From sequence record DRR723986_7207: DNA of 39,743 nucleotides; one strand, written 5' to 3'. The notes below the pieces were generated by a model. That model searched no databases, was not told where the DNA came from, and worked only from the letters and a program-made list of their open reading frames with translations. Position numbers and translations under genes: made by a program. This document shows, in pieces, positions 9,824 through 19,066 of the stretch (positions are counted from its first letter, which is position 1; each line of letters begins with the position of its first letter).

Positions 9824-10078
9824 GGATCCGGCTCCTCAGCTTCTCAGGGCATTTCATCTGGCCAGCTTCTCTGGCGTGTCACAAACGACCAGTTTCTAGC
9901 CCGATTCCTTTTTACGCGCCTCCCTTGTCGGGCATTGAACCAGCAGGACGTTGTGGGAGCAGTCTCCATAGTTAATCCGGGTTTGCACGCGCAGCAGAAA
10001 TTCGAGCACCGAACCAAACGGGTCTGCAACTCAAAACATGCAATCTAAGAAACAATTCCGGGTGGCGGAGCTGGGAAA

Positions 10079-11620
10079 ATGCTTTCTCGAATGAAGACTG
10101 TTCAGCAACTTGTGCAGCGGTATCGTCAGGATACGCGCGGCAATATCATGGTGCTGATGGCACTGATCATCGTGGCGATCATGGGCCTGGCCGGGTTTGC
10201 CATCGATTTGCGGTTCACGATCTCGCAAAAGGAGAAAGTCCAGTACGCGCTGGATTCTGCCGTGCTTGCGGGGGCCCTGGAACGCCAGAAGGGCAAGACC
10301 GACGATGAGGTGAAGGCGGAAGTCCGCAACTATGCCAACTCGTTGATCAGCATGCAGGGCGGCGGCATGACCTGTACGGCCATTGGCGTCGTGCTGGATG
10401 ATGTCAGTGAAGACATCACAGCCAACATTACGTGTACGCAGCCGACATTCATTTCGCAGATCCTCGGCCAGGACCATCTGGATTTCAGCGTGTCGACCAC
10501 TTCGACCTATTCGGTCGGCAAGGTGGATGTGGCGTTCGTATTCGACGTTTCAGGCTCGATGAACAGCTACAACCGGCTGTCCCTTCTGAAGACTGCGGCG
10601 AATGCGGCCTTCGATACACTGCTGCCGGACGACATGCCGGACGACAAGACCATCCGCATCGCGGTCACGACCTACAACAATTCCGTCAATGCCGGGTCCT
10701 ATATCAATTCGGTGACCGACGGTGTGTCCCTGCCGGCCGATGCATCGAACCTGGCTGCTTCTGCCAGTTTCAATTCGTACAATGGCAAGCGGATGTACGA
10801 TTCCGCGACCGGCAAGCGTTTCTTCTACTACCAGACCGGCACTTGTCTCGACTATGGGACGTGCAATCAGTGGTCGAACTGGGACTGGGATCCGGCGCGG
10901 CGCTACTATTCAGATGTGTCGGTCACGTCCAGCTGCGTCTATGAGCGCACCGGCAGCCAGGCCGACACCGATGCCGCGCCTGGCTCACTCGCCTGGATCG
11001 GCGCAGCGAACCCGGAATGGTATTTCAGCTACAATGACCGGAACAAATACCGGGGCTGGCAGGAGGTCGCCTATGGCGGCGCCAATTCCAATACCGGCGC
11101 GTTCCGTAACAATTATGCCACCTGCCGCGATTCCGGCCCTGTACCGTTGACGGACAACAAGGCTGCGCTCAAGGCGCATGTGAACAGCCTGACGGCAGGC
11201 GGCGGCACAGCGGGCCATCTCGGCATCGCATGGGGCTGGTATCTCATCTCGCCGAACTGGTCCTCGATCTGGCCGGCGGAGTCCAAGCCGTGGAACTATG
11301 ACGAGGTGAACGCCACCAAAGCCCTCATCCTGATGACCGATGGTGACTTCAACTCGCAGCATTTCTCTGCGTCCAAAGGCTCTTTCCAGCAGTCTATGGA
11401 CCTCTGCGACCAGATGAAGGCTTCGCCGTCCAAGGTGACGATCTACACGGTTGGCTTCCAGGTGCCGGATTCGGTGCAGAAAACCGGCGACGGGCAGACG
11501 ATCCTCGAATACTGCGCCACCAGCCCGGCCTTCGCCTATTCGGCGGCCGACGGAGATGAGCTGTTGCAGGTCTACAAGGAAATCGCCCAGTCGATCGCTG
11601 ACCTGCGCATCAAGCAGTAG
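10079..11620 (+). CDS. TadG-like pilus-associated protein with vWA domain
   Basis: N-terminal DTRGN..TM..AID/ALDSAVLAG (Tad_N-like); MIDAS DVSGSM, GGT and LMTDG; C-terminal IYTVGF...CATS. Confidence 0.8.
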   Translation: MLSRMKTVQQLVQRYRQDTRGNIMVLMALIIVAIMGLAGFAIDLRFTISQKEKVQYALDSAVLAGALERQKGKTDDEVKAEVRNYANSLISMQGGGMTCTAIGVVLDDVSEDITANITCTQPTFISQILGQDHLDFSVSTTSTYSVGKVDVAFVFDVSGSMNSYNRLSLLKTAANAAFDTLLPDDMPDDKTIRIAVTTYNNSVNAGSYINSVTDGVSLPADASNLAASASFNSYNGKRMYDSATGKRFFYYQTGTCLDYGTCNQWSNWDWDPARRYYSDVSVTSSCVYERTGSQADTDAAPGSLAWIGAANPEWYFSYNDRNKYRGWQEVAYGGANSNTGAFRNNYATCRDSGPVPLTDNKAALKAHVNSLTAGGGTAGHLGIAWGWYLISPNWSSIWPAESKPWNYDEVNATKALILMTDGDFNSQHFSASKGSFQQSMDLCDQMKASPSKVTIYTVGFQVPDSVQKTGDGQTILEYCATSPAFAYSAADGDELLQVYKEIAQSIADLRIKQ

Positions 11621-11623
11621 GCC

Positions 11624-12739
11624 CTAGTCGTCAAAGGTGACCGTGCCGTCCTGCACGTGCAGGGCCTGGGCGCGGTCGCCGAAACTGTCGAACAGGAATT
11701 TCTCCGTCCCCGTCAGCCAGGCCTGGCCGCCGAGGGCGCAGATCTCGTCGAACAGGGCGGCGCGTCGGTCAGGGTCCAGATGCGCGGCGGCCTCATCCAG
11801 CAGCAGCAGGGGCGGCGGCCCGTCCCGTTCCGCCTTCAGCGCCGTGGCCGAGGCGAGGATCAGACCGATCAGCAGCGCTTTCTGCTGCCCTGTGGAGGCG
11901 TCCTTGGCGGGCGCGCCGGTCGGGCGGTGAATAACGGCGAGGTCTGAGCGGTGCGGGCCGTCCAGCGTGCGCCCGGCGGCCATGTCGCGCCGCCGCGACG
12001 TGCGCCAGGTCTCGGCCAGCATTTCGAAGATGGATTTGAAATCGTCGCCGCGCATGGCGGCCTCTTCGGCCTTGCCCTCGAGGGAAACATCCGCCTTCGG
12101 GAAATGCCCCTCCGGGCGGGCTTCGATCGCGGCCTGCAGGGACCCCAGCACATGCGCGCGGTTGATGGCGATCTCGGCCCCGCTTTCGGCGAGGCGCGTC
12201 TCGATTGCATCGGCCCAGGCCGGATCGACATGGCCGCGCTCCAAGAGGGCATTGCGTTCGCGCATCGCGCGCTCATACCGTCCGGACGCGCTGGCGTGGC
12301 TCGGCGTGTGGGCCAGAACGAGCCGGTCGTAAAAGCGCCGCCGGTCGCTGGCGCTGCCACGGAAGACGCCGTCCATGTTCGGGGTCAGCCAGACAATGCG
12401 GACGATCTCTGCCAGTTCCGTTGCCGTGGACGGCGCGCCGTCGAGCCGCACGACCCGCTTCGATCCGCCACCGGACGTGTCCAGCATCACGCCGATCCTG
12501 TGCTCGTCGGCGAGCGTCGCGGCAACGGTCCAGCTGCCGGCTGAGCCGGATCGCGCCATGTCGGGCAGGGTGGAGGAACGAAGCCCCCGGCCCGGCCCCA
12601 GCTGGCTGACGGCTTCCAGCAGATTGGTCTTGCCCGCGCCATTGGCGCCATAGAGGCAGACATGCCGGCCATCCAGCGGCAGGGTCAGGGACTCATAATT
12701 GCGGAAGTCCGTAAGCGACAGTCTCGTAAGTGCGGTCAT
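11624..12739 (-). CDS. recF: DNA replication/repair protein RecF
   Basis: FRNY, GANGAGKTNLLEA, GPHRSDL, STGQQKALL and LLLDEAAAHLD motifs. Confidence 0.96.
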   Translation of the reverse strand: MTALTRLSLTDFRNYESLTLPLDGRHVCLYGANGAGKTNLLEAVSQLGPGRGLRSSTLPDMARSGSAGSWTVAATLADEHRIGVMLDTSGGGSKRVVRLDGAPSTATELAEIVRIVWLTPNMDGVFRGSASDRRRFYDRLVLAHTPSHASASGRYERAMRERNALLERGHVDPAWADAIETRLAESGAEIAINRAHVLGSLQAAIEARPEGHFPKADVSLEGKAEEAAMRGDDFKSIFEMLAETWRTSRRRDMAAGRTLDGPHRSDLAVIHRPTGAPAKDASTGQQKALLIGLILASATALKAERDGPPPLLLLDEAAAHLDPDRRAALFDEICALGGQAWLTGTEKFLFDSFGDRAQALHVQDGTVTFDD

Positions 12740-12776
12740 GTCGTCATGCGGACTCTGCGCCGCCTGGCCTCCTGGA

Positions 12777-13898
12777 TCAGACGCGAAGCGGCATCAGCAC
12801 ATAGCGGGCCGAGTCATCGGACGGGTCCAGGACGAGGGCAGGGGAGGCCGGGTCATTGAACATGAATTCGGCGTCCGGCGCTTCGATCTGGCCGGCGATG
12901 TCGAGCAGGTATTTCGCGTTGAAGCCGATCTCCATCGGTTCGTCGCCATACTCCGCTTCGAGTTCCTCATTGCCGACGCCCGTTTCGGCGTGGTTCACGG
13001 CCAGCACAAGCTTGCCTTCCGACAGCGACAGTTTCACCGAGCGCGAGCGCTCTGCCGAAACGGTGGACACGCGGTCGACGGCGGCTTCGAAGGCCTTGTT
13101 GTCGATCGACAGCTTGCGCGAATTGCCCTTCGGGATCACGCGGGCATAGTCAGGGAACGCACCATCGATCAGTTTCGACGTCAGCGTCGCGCGGCCGGCG
13201 CGGACGATGATCTTGGTGTCGGAGACTTCGACATCGACCGGGCCGTCCAGGCCGTCAATCAGGCGGCGGGCCTCGCCCACGGCCTTGCGCGGCACGATCA
13301 CGCCTTCGAGGCCAGCGGAGCCTTCCGGCGCCTTGGCATCGGCAAGCGCCAGGCGGTGGCCATCAGTTGCGACAGCGCGCAGCACAGGCTTGCCGTCTGC
13401 ATCTTCGGTTGCGTGCAGGAAGACACCGTTCAGGTAATAGCGCGTTTCCTCGGTCGAGATCGCGAAACGGGTCTTGTCGATCAGGCGGGCCAGGTCCTTG
13501 GCGTCCAGCGCGAACTTGATGGCGCTGTCGTCGGTGGTCATGGTCTGGAAATCGGACGCCGGCAGGGTCGGCAGTTCGAAATGGGAGCGGCCGGCCTGGA
13601 TGGACAGGCGCTGGTTCTCCGGCTGCAGCTCCAGCTCGACCTCGGCGCCGGCGGGCAGTTTGCGGACAACGTCGAACAGGGTGCCGGCAGGGGCCGTCAC
13701 CGCGCCTTCGCTGGCCACCTTGGCCGGGGCGCTGTCGACCGCTTCGATGTCGAGGTCGGTCGCGGTGAGGCGAAGCTCGCCACCGGACGCCTGGAGCAGG
13801 ACGTTGGACAGGATCGGAATTGTATTGCGCCGCTCGACCACGTTCTGCACGTGAGAGAGCGCATTGAGGAGGTCGCCGCGTTCGATCGTCAGTTTCAT
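12777..13898 (-). CDS. dnaN: DNA polymerase III beta clamp
   Basis: VVERRNTIPILSNV, ATDLD, EETRYYLNG, VATDGHRLA and C-terminal VLMPLRV. Confidence 0.98.
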   Translation of the reverse strand: MKLTIERGDLLNALSHVQNVVERRNTIPILSNVLLQASGGELRLTATDLDIEAVDSAPAKVASEGAVTAPAGTLFDVVRKLPAGAEVELELQPENQRLSIQAGRSHFELPTLPASDFQTMTTDDSAIKFALDAKDLARLIDKTRFAISTEETRYYLNGVFLHATEDADGKPVLRAVATDGHRLALADAKAPEGSAGLEGVIVPRKAVGEARRLIDGLDGPVDVEVSDTKIIVRAGRATLTSKLIDGAFPDYARVIPKGNSRKLSIDNKAFEAAVDRVSTVSAERSRSVKLSLSEGKLVLAVNHAETGVGNEELEAEYGDEPMEIGFNAKYLLDIAGQIEAPDAEFMFNDPASPALVLDPSDDSARYVLMPLRV

Positions 13899-14086
13899 CG
13901 TGTTTCCGTCCATCCCGGACAGCGCTGCCGCTGCCCGCTAAGCCCTGTTGCGTCTGCCTGCTGGTCTGTTCCGCTTGTACATGCCAACGGAATCAGCCCG
14001 CCCCCAGGAAGGGAACGGGCTGAGAACACTTAAACATCCATGCGAAAAAGCCAAGCGCTGATCGCTGTCCCGGCTTAATCAGTTCG

Positions 14087-15577
14087 TTAATGGCCGCCGG
14101 CCGCCTGCAGTTCGAGGATCGCTGCCGCCACGCGCGCAATGTCTGCGGCCAGTTCCGTGTCCTTCGGCAGGGCCTTGGTCAGCTTCCGGTGGGCATAGAG
14201 CACGGTCGTGTGATCGCGCCGCCCGAAGGCCCGTCCGATCTGCGGGAAGGACTTATGGGTCTGCTCCCGGCACAGATACATGGCGATCTGGCGCGGATAG
14301 ACGACTGTGCGGGCCTTGGACGGGCTTTCGAGGTCGGTCTTCGAGACATTGAAGACCTTCATCGTTGCCTTTTTCACAAGTTCGATCGTCGGCGCCCGCA
14401 CTTCGCCTTCCATGCGGCGGATGACCCGTTCCAGCATGTCGGAGGTCGGTGTCATCGAGCCGAAGCCTGCCTCGGTGAAGAGGTTCCAGACCGCGCCGGT
14501 CAGTTCCCGGCCGGGGCCGCGGATGCCGGTGTGGATCCGCTCGATCAGCGCCTCGTCCAGCACGAACTCCGGATGGGCCTCCGCAATATGACGGGCCAGA
14601 CGGCGGATGATCTCGCGCCGCATGTCTTCGTCCGGCAGCTCAACCTCGACGACGGTCGCGCCTTTCAGCTCGCTCATCATCCGCGGGGAGAAACCGGCTA
14701 GTTCGCCCGGTGTCTTGTCGCCTGCGAGGACGACATTGCCGCCCTGTCCGGTGACTTCGCGAATGTTCTGGAAAAGCTCGGTCTCCGTACCCGGCTTTCC
14801 CGAGATGCGGTGCAGATCGTCGATCAGCAGGATCGAGGCAGCCCGCAGGCGCTTCTTCAGGGCGCTGGTGTCCTTTGCCTTCACGCCGTCCGTATAGGCA
14901 GACAGGAATTCCTCTGCCGTCAGGTACACGACCGTCGCGTCGGCATTGGTTTCCAGAGCGCGGGTGCGCAGCGCCAGCAGCGTATGGGTCTTGCCGGTGC
15001 CCTGCGGGCCGGAAATCAGGTGAACCTGTGTCCCGACCGGCTGGCCATCGGCCACACGCTTGGCCAGTTCCACGGAAATCGCATTCGATTTTCCGGTCAC
15101 CAGCGTGCCAAACGTCATTTCCGGTGCCCCGGAAGAGGGACGGGGCGTCTGAGCTGCCCCGCCATCATCGCTGCCAGATCCGTTGCCGGCGCCGCCCGCT
15201 GCCGCTTCCGGCTCAGCATCGGCCCACGGATCCTCGACGATGGCGCGCAGGTCAGCCCCTGCTTCCTTCCAGCATACGAGCCGGATGTCGCGCCGGGCAT
15301 CGTCATGCTCCTTCCAGATGCGCTGGAGGATATGGCGATGATCCGCCGACACGCGGTCGTAGGAAAGGCGGTCACGCGCAGCAATCACGATCTTCCCATC
15401 AACTTCTGCGATCAGCTTCAGATCTGAAATCCACCGCTCGAAATCAGCGGTGGAGAGGACCTCCTTCAGATGTTCCCGGACGGCCTGCCAGATGGCCTGG
15501 CCGGGAAGGCTGGAGATCTTCTTGTTGGTTTTGGAATCTACGCTGGCTGGAGTGTCAAAGAGTGTATTTCGGTCCAT
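14087..15577 (-). CDS. dnaA: Chromosomal replication initiator DnaA (strongly diverged; start could be 15589)
   Basis: Domain I with RWI; Walker A GPQGTGKTH; Walker B LLIDD; GRELTGA; domain IV PRQIAMYL...SFPQIGRAFGRRDHTTVLYA; rpsT-dnaA-dnaN-recF synteny. Confidence 0.88.
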   Translation of the reverse strand: MDRNTLFDTPASVDSKTNKKISSLPGQAIWQAVREHLKEVLSTADFERWISDLKLIAEVDGKIVIAARDRLSYDRVSADHRHILQRIWKEHDDARRDIRLVCWKEAGADLRAIVEDPWADAEPEAAAGGAGNGSGSDDGGAAQTPRPSSGAPEMTFGTLVTGKSNAISVELAKRVADGQPVGTQVHLISGPQGTGKTHTLLALRTRALETNADATVVYLTAEEFLSAYTDGVKAKDTSALKKRLRAASILLIDDLHRISGKPGTETELFQNIREVTGQGGNVVLAGDKTPGELAGFSPRMMSELKGATVVEVELPDEDMRREIIRRLARHIAEAHPEFVLDEALIERIHTGIRGPGRELTGAVWNLFTEAGFGSMTPTSDMLERVIRRMEGEVRAPTIELVKKATMKVFNVSKTDLESPSKARTVVYPRQIAMYLCREQTHKSFPQIGRAFGRRDHTTVLYAHRKLTKALPKDTELAADIARVAAAILELQAAGGH

Positions 15578-16138
15578 GCCGAGCCCCATTTTTTTGTTAT
15601 CTGTTTCAGCCACCAAACCGGCACGCAACACCCCTGTCCAGTCACCCGAAACTGGCCCCGAAAATACTCCGTACAGGGATGTTTATCGTTGGTAAACTCA
15701 ACGTACCGACGGGGGTCATCAAAGACAAGTGTATCTTTTTTCGGACAGCCGTGATTGGCGTGTTGACTCTTTCCACAGCACCCCAGAGAGGCGAAAAAAA
15801 CCTATATGGCTCAATGGTTTTTTGCGCGTGTGTGGACCTGCATTTTTTTTTGAAGTGAGCTCTTGCGCACAAAAGTTCACTTTTGTTCTGTCAACATCAC
15901 CTCATCAATATTGGCTGTGAAATTCGTGCCAAAAACAGGAAAATTTTTGGAACGGTTTTTATCGCCCCGTTTGATTGCGCATTCGTGCAGGCTGAGCGTG
16001 AAGAGGTCTGCAATATCGCATTTCTGTAGGTTCTTACCGCAATTGTGTGACACACAATCGAGCATACACTGACTGCGAATTGGGCGTAGGACAAGAATAT
16101 TCGAAGACAGGATTTCAGGCCGGATTCCGGGTAAGATT

Positions 16139-16193
16139 CCGGGCAAGAAAAAACCCGCCGGGCAAGGTGCCAGGCGGGTTTGTTTCTTGCCGG
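16139..16193 (-). terminator. Long hairpin downstream of rpsT (probable terminator)
   Basis: Imperfect inverted repeat GGCAAGAAAAAACCCGCC...GGCGGGTTTGTTTCTTGCC about 20 bp after the rpsT stop; U-run on the minus strand. Confidence 0.7.
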
Positions 16194-16213
16194 TGGTCCG
16201 GAAGGTTTTGGCG

Positions 16214-16477
16214 TTACGCCATTGCCTTCACGCGAGCCGCAAGGCGCGAGACTTTTCGCGCAGAGGTGTTCTTGTGCATGACGCCTTTGGTGACGGCACG
16301 CATCAGCTCCGGCTGGGCAGCCTTGAGCGCATCTGCGGCAGCGGTCTTGTCGCCCGAAGCAATGGCTTCTTCGACCTGACGGACGAAAGTGCGCACGCGC
16401 GAGCGACGGGCCTTGTTGACCTCGGTGCGGCGCGCGATCTTGCGGACCATTTTCTTGGCGGAACGGGTATTAGCCAT
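16214..16477 (-). CDS. rpsT: 30S ribosomal protein S20
   Basis: [24 protein letters not shown]...[16 protein letters not shown]. Confidence 0.98.
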   Translation of the reverse strand: MANTRSAKKMVRKIARRTEVNKARRSRVRTFVRQVEEAIASGDKTAAADALKAAQPELMRAVTKGVMHKNTSARKVSRLAARVKAMA

Positions 16478-16614
16478 ATCAAACTCCTGTTGCCCGAGGG
16501 GCGACCCTCAGGCTGAAGGCGCGGAGATACATAAAGGCCGGTTGGGCGTCAACCGGAGAGTCCCGTCCAATACGGGAAAAATGCACCTGCGGGCCCCAGT
16601 CTTCACGAATGGTC

Positions 16615-17397
16615 TTACTTGTCGCGGAAATGGGCCGAGCGCTTTTCTATATAAGCGGCCATGCCTTCTTTCTGGTCGGAGGTCGAGAAGAGCGACTGGA
16701 ACAGGCGCCGTTCGAACTGGATGCCCTGCGAGAGCGGAGTCTCATAGGCATAGTTGACGGCCTCCTTGGTCATCATGGCGCCAGCCATGGGCATGGAAGC
16801 GATGGTCCGGGCGAGGCTGCGGGCTTCGTCCATCAGGTTTTCGGCCTTCACCACCCGGCTGACGAGGCCAAAGCGCTCGGCTTCGCCTGCATCCATCAGG
16901 CGGCCTGTCAGGCAGAGTTCCATCGTTTTAGACTTGCCGATGGCCCGCGTCAGGCGCTGGGTGCCGCCGGCGCCTGGCATCACGCCGAGGCGGACTTCCG
17001 GCTGGCCGAACTTGGCATTGTCAGCCGCCAGGATGATGTCGCACATGAGGGCGAGCTCACAGCCGCCGCCGACGGCATAGCCTGCCACAGCGGCGATAAT
17101 CGGCTTGCGCAGCCGGGCCGTCCGCTCCCAGTTCCGGGAGATGAAGTCCTCATAATAGGATTCCGGGAAGGTCTTGTCCTTGATCTCCTTGATGTCCGCA
17201 CCGCCGGAGAAGGCCTTTTTGGAGCCGGTCAGGATGACACAGCCGACCTTGTCTTCCTGGTCGCAGCGGTCGAGCGCGCTGGTCAGGTCGTTCATCATGG
17301 CTTCGGACAGGGCATTCAGCGCGTCGGGGCGGTTCATCTGGATTACGGCAACGCCGGTATCCTCGTCGAACTCTGTCAGAAGTGTTTCGTAGGGCAT
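16615..17397 (-). CDS. Enoyl-CoA hydratase
   Basis: NRPDALNAL, AFSGGADI, GGGCELALMCD and PEVRLGVMPGAGGTQRL motifs. Confidence 0.93.
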   Translation of the reverse strand: MPYETLLTEFDEDTGVAVIQMNRPDALNALSEAMMNDLTSALDRCDQEDKVGCVILTGSKKAFSGGADIKEIKDKTFPESYYEDFISRNWERTARLRKPIIAAVAGYAVGGGCELALMCDIILAADNAKFGQPEVRLGVMPGAGGTQRLTRAIGKSKTMELCLTGRLMDAGEAERFGLVSRVVKAENLMDEARSLARTIASMPMAGAMMTKEAVNYAYETPLSQGIQFERRLFQSLFSTSDQKEGMAAYIEKRSAHFRDK

Positions 17398-17673
17398 GGA
17401 AAGGGTATCCTTTCGGTGGCCGCGAACTGTCCTCAGGACAGCACAAGGGCCCAGTATGAGAGTATCTTGGTTAAGAAGGGATTGGCATGGCCGGACGCGC
17501 CGGCGGGTACCTCTTGTGGTTAACCGTGCATTACAGGCCGGTCATGAATTCGAGCGGCGCGCTATAACGCCGCCTGATGGGCTTGTCACCCCGTGGAGTC
17601 AGAAAGCTGTTGAGACCTGTATTCTGGCCTGCGGCGCCGCAAACCCTGTGCCACTCTCGTGCGTACACTCTAT

Positions 17674-19047
17674 ATGAGTGACATGAGCGACATGCCTGAC
17701 CGCCCCCAAGATCCCGAACGCAACCGCCTGACCGGGCGTCTCAGCCGTACGGCCAAAGTCGGCGCGAACCTGTCCGGGGCAGGGCTGACCTTCGCCGCGC
17801 AGAGCCTGTTCGGCGGCGACCAGGGCGATGAGAAGATCGCGCGGGCGCTGGCGTCAGCCCTCGGCAAGTCCAAAGGCCCGCTGATGAAGGTGGCGCAGAT
17901 GCTGTCCACGGTGCCGGACCTGTTGCCGGAAAAATACGCTGCCGAATTCGCGCAGCTGCAGGCCGAGGCGCCGGCCATGGGCTGGCCCTTTGTGCGCCGG
18001 CGCATGCGGGCGGAACTTGGCGGGGACTGGCAGGGCAGGTTCGCGGACTTCGGCCATGAGGCCTCTCACGCTGCCTCGCTGGGGCAGGTGCATGCGGCAA
18101 CACTGCATGACGGCCGCAAGGTTGCCTGCAAGCTGCAATATCCGGACATGGCAAGCGCCGTGGAGAGCGATGTCGGCCAGCTGAAGACGGTGCTGGGCCT
18201 GTTCAAGCGCATGGACGGCTCGATCGACCCGACCGCCATGGTGGAGGAGATCACCGACCGCTTGCGCGAGGAGCTCGATTATGCCCGCGAGGCCAAGCAT
18301 ATGGAGCTCTACGCCCTGATGCTGGCGGAGAAGGACTTCGTACAGGTGCCGGAACCGGTGGAGGACCTCTCCACCGACCGCCTGCTCACCATGACCTGGC
18401 TGACCGGCCAGCGCCTCACCGCTTTTGAGGGCGCGCCCCAGGATACGCGCAACCACATCGCCGAAATGCTGTTCTGGACCTGGTGGGGGCCATTCAACTC
18501 CCACGCCGTGATCCATGGCGACCCGCATCTCGGGAACTATCAGGTGACCGGGGAGGGCACGGGGCTGAACCTGCTCGACTTCGGCTGCATCCGCATCTTC
18601 CCGCCAACCTTTGTCGAAGGCGTGGTCGATCTCTACCGCGCCCTGCAGCGGGACGATTTCGATGCGGCCTATGCCGCTTATGAAAAGTGGGGCTTTGTCG
18701 GCCTCTCGAAAGAGCTGGTCGAGGTGCTGAACATCTGGGCGCGCTTTATCTATGGCCCGCTGCTGGACGACCGCGTGCGTTCTGTCGCCGATGGGGTCAC
18801 CGCCGGGGAGTATGGCCGCAAGGAGGCCTTCACGGTCCGCAAGCTGCTGAAGGAAAAAGGCCCGGTGAAGATCCCGCGCGAGTTCGTCTTCATGGACCGG
18901 GCCGCCATCGGCCTTGGCGCCGCCTATCTGCGCCTTGGCGCAGAGCTCAATTATTGCCGCCTGTTTGAAGAGAGCCTCGAGGGCTTCTCGGTGGAGACCG
19001 TTGCAAAAAGACAGGCCGACGCGCTGGCAGCGGTCGGCCTGTACTGA
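17674..19047 (+). CDS. ABC1/AarF/UbiB family atypical kinase (COQ8-like)
   Basis: KGPLMKVAQ (KxGQ-like), AASLGQVH, VACKLQYP, EELDY, HGDPHLGN and LLDFG motifs. Exact start uncertain. Confidence 0.88.
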   Translation: MSDMSDMPDRPQDPERNRLTGRLSRTAKVGANLSGAGLTFAAQSLFGGDQGDEKIARALASALGKSKGPLMKVAQMLSTVPDLLPEKYAAEFAQLQAEAPAMGWPFVRRRMRAELGGDWQGRFADFGHEASHAASLGQVHAATLHDGRKVACKLQYPDMASAVESDVGQLKTVLGLFKRMDGSIDPTAMVEEITDRLREELDYAREAKHMELYALMLAEKDFVQVPEPVEDLSTDRLLTMTWLTGQRLTAFEGAPQDTRNHIAEMLFWTWWGPFNSHAVIHGDPHLGNYQVTGEGTGLNLLDFGCIRIFPPTFVEGVVDLYRALQRDDFDAAYAAYEKWGFVGLSKELVEVLNIWARFIYGPLLDDRVRSVADGVTAGEYGRKEAFTVRKLLKEKGPVKIPREFVFMDRAAIGLGAAYLRLGAELNYCRLFEESLEGFSVETVAKRQADALAAVGLY

Positions 19048-19066
19048 AGCTTGCGGGCGAGGGGCC

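Noticed and set aside
13993-14023. Hairpin between dnaA and dnaN as a terminator or riboswitch
   Set aside because: The stem is real (minus strand favoured) but there is no clear U-tract or aptamer signature, so function cannot be assigned.
12699-14033. 444-aa plus-strand ORF, and similar long antisense ORFs at 23369-24985, 27562-29421, 32584-33975 and 38348-39664
   Set aside because: Antisense shadows of well-supported genes, expected from high-GC codon bias; no motifs.
14075-14090. TTAA-N8-TTAA at the dnaA 3' end as a CtrA site
   Set aside because: Spacing is 8, not 7, and one half is the dnaA stop codon.
15642-16146. Short ORFs in the dnaA-rpsT spacer
   Set aside because: Atypical composition, no RBS or motifs; better explained as regulatory DNA.
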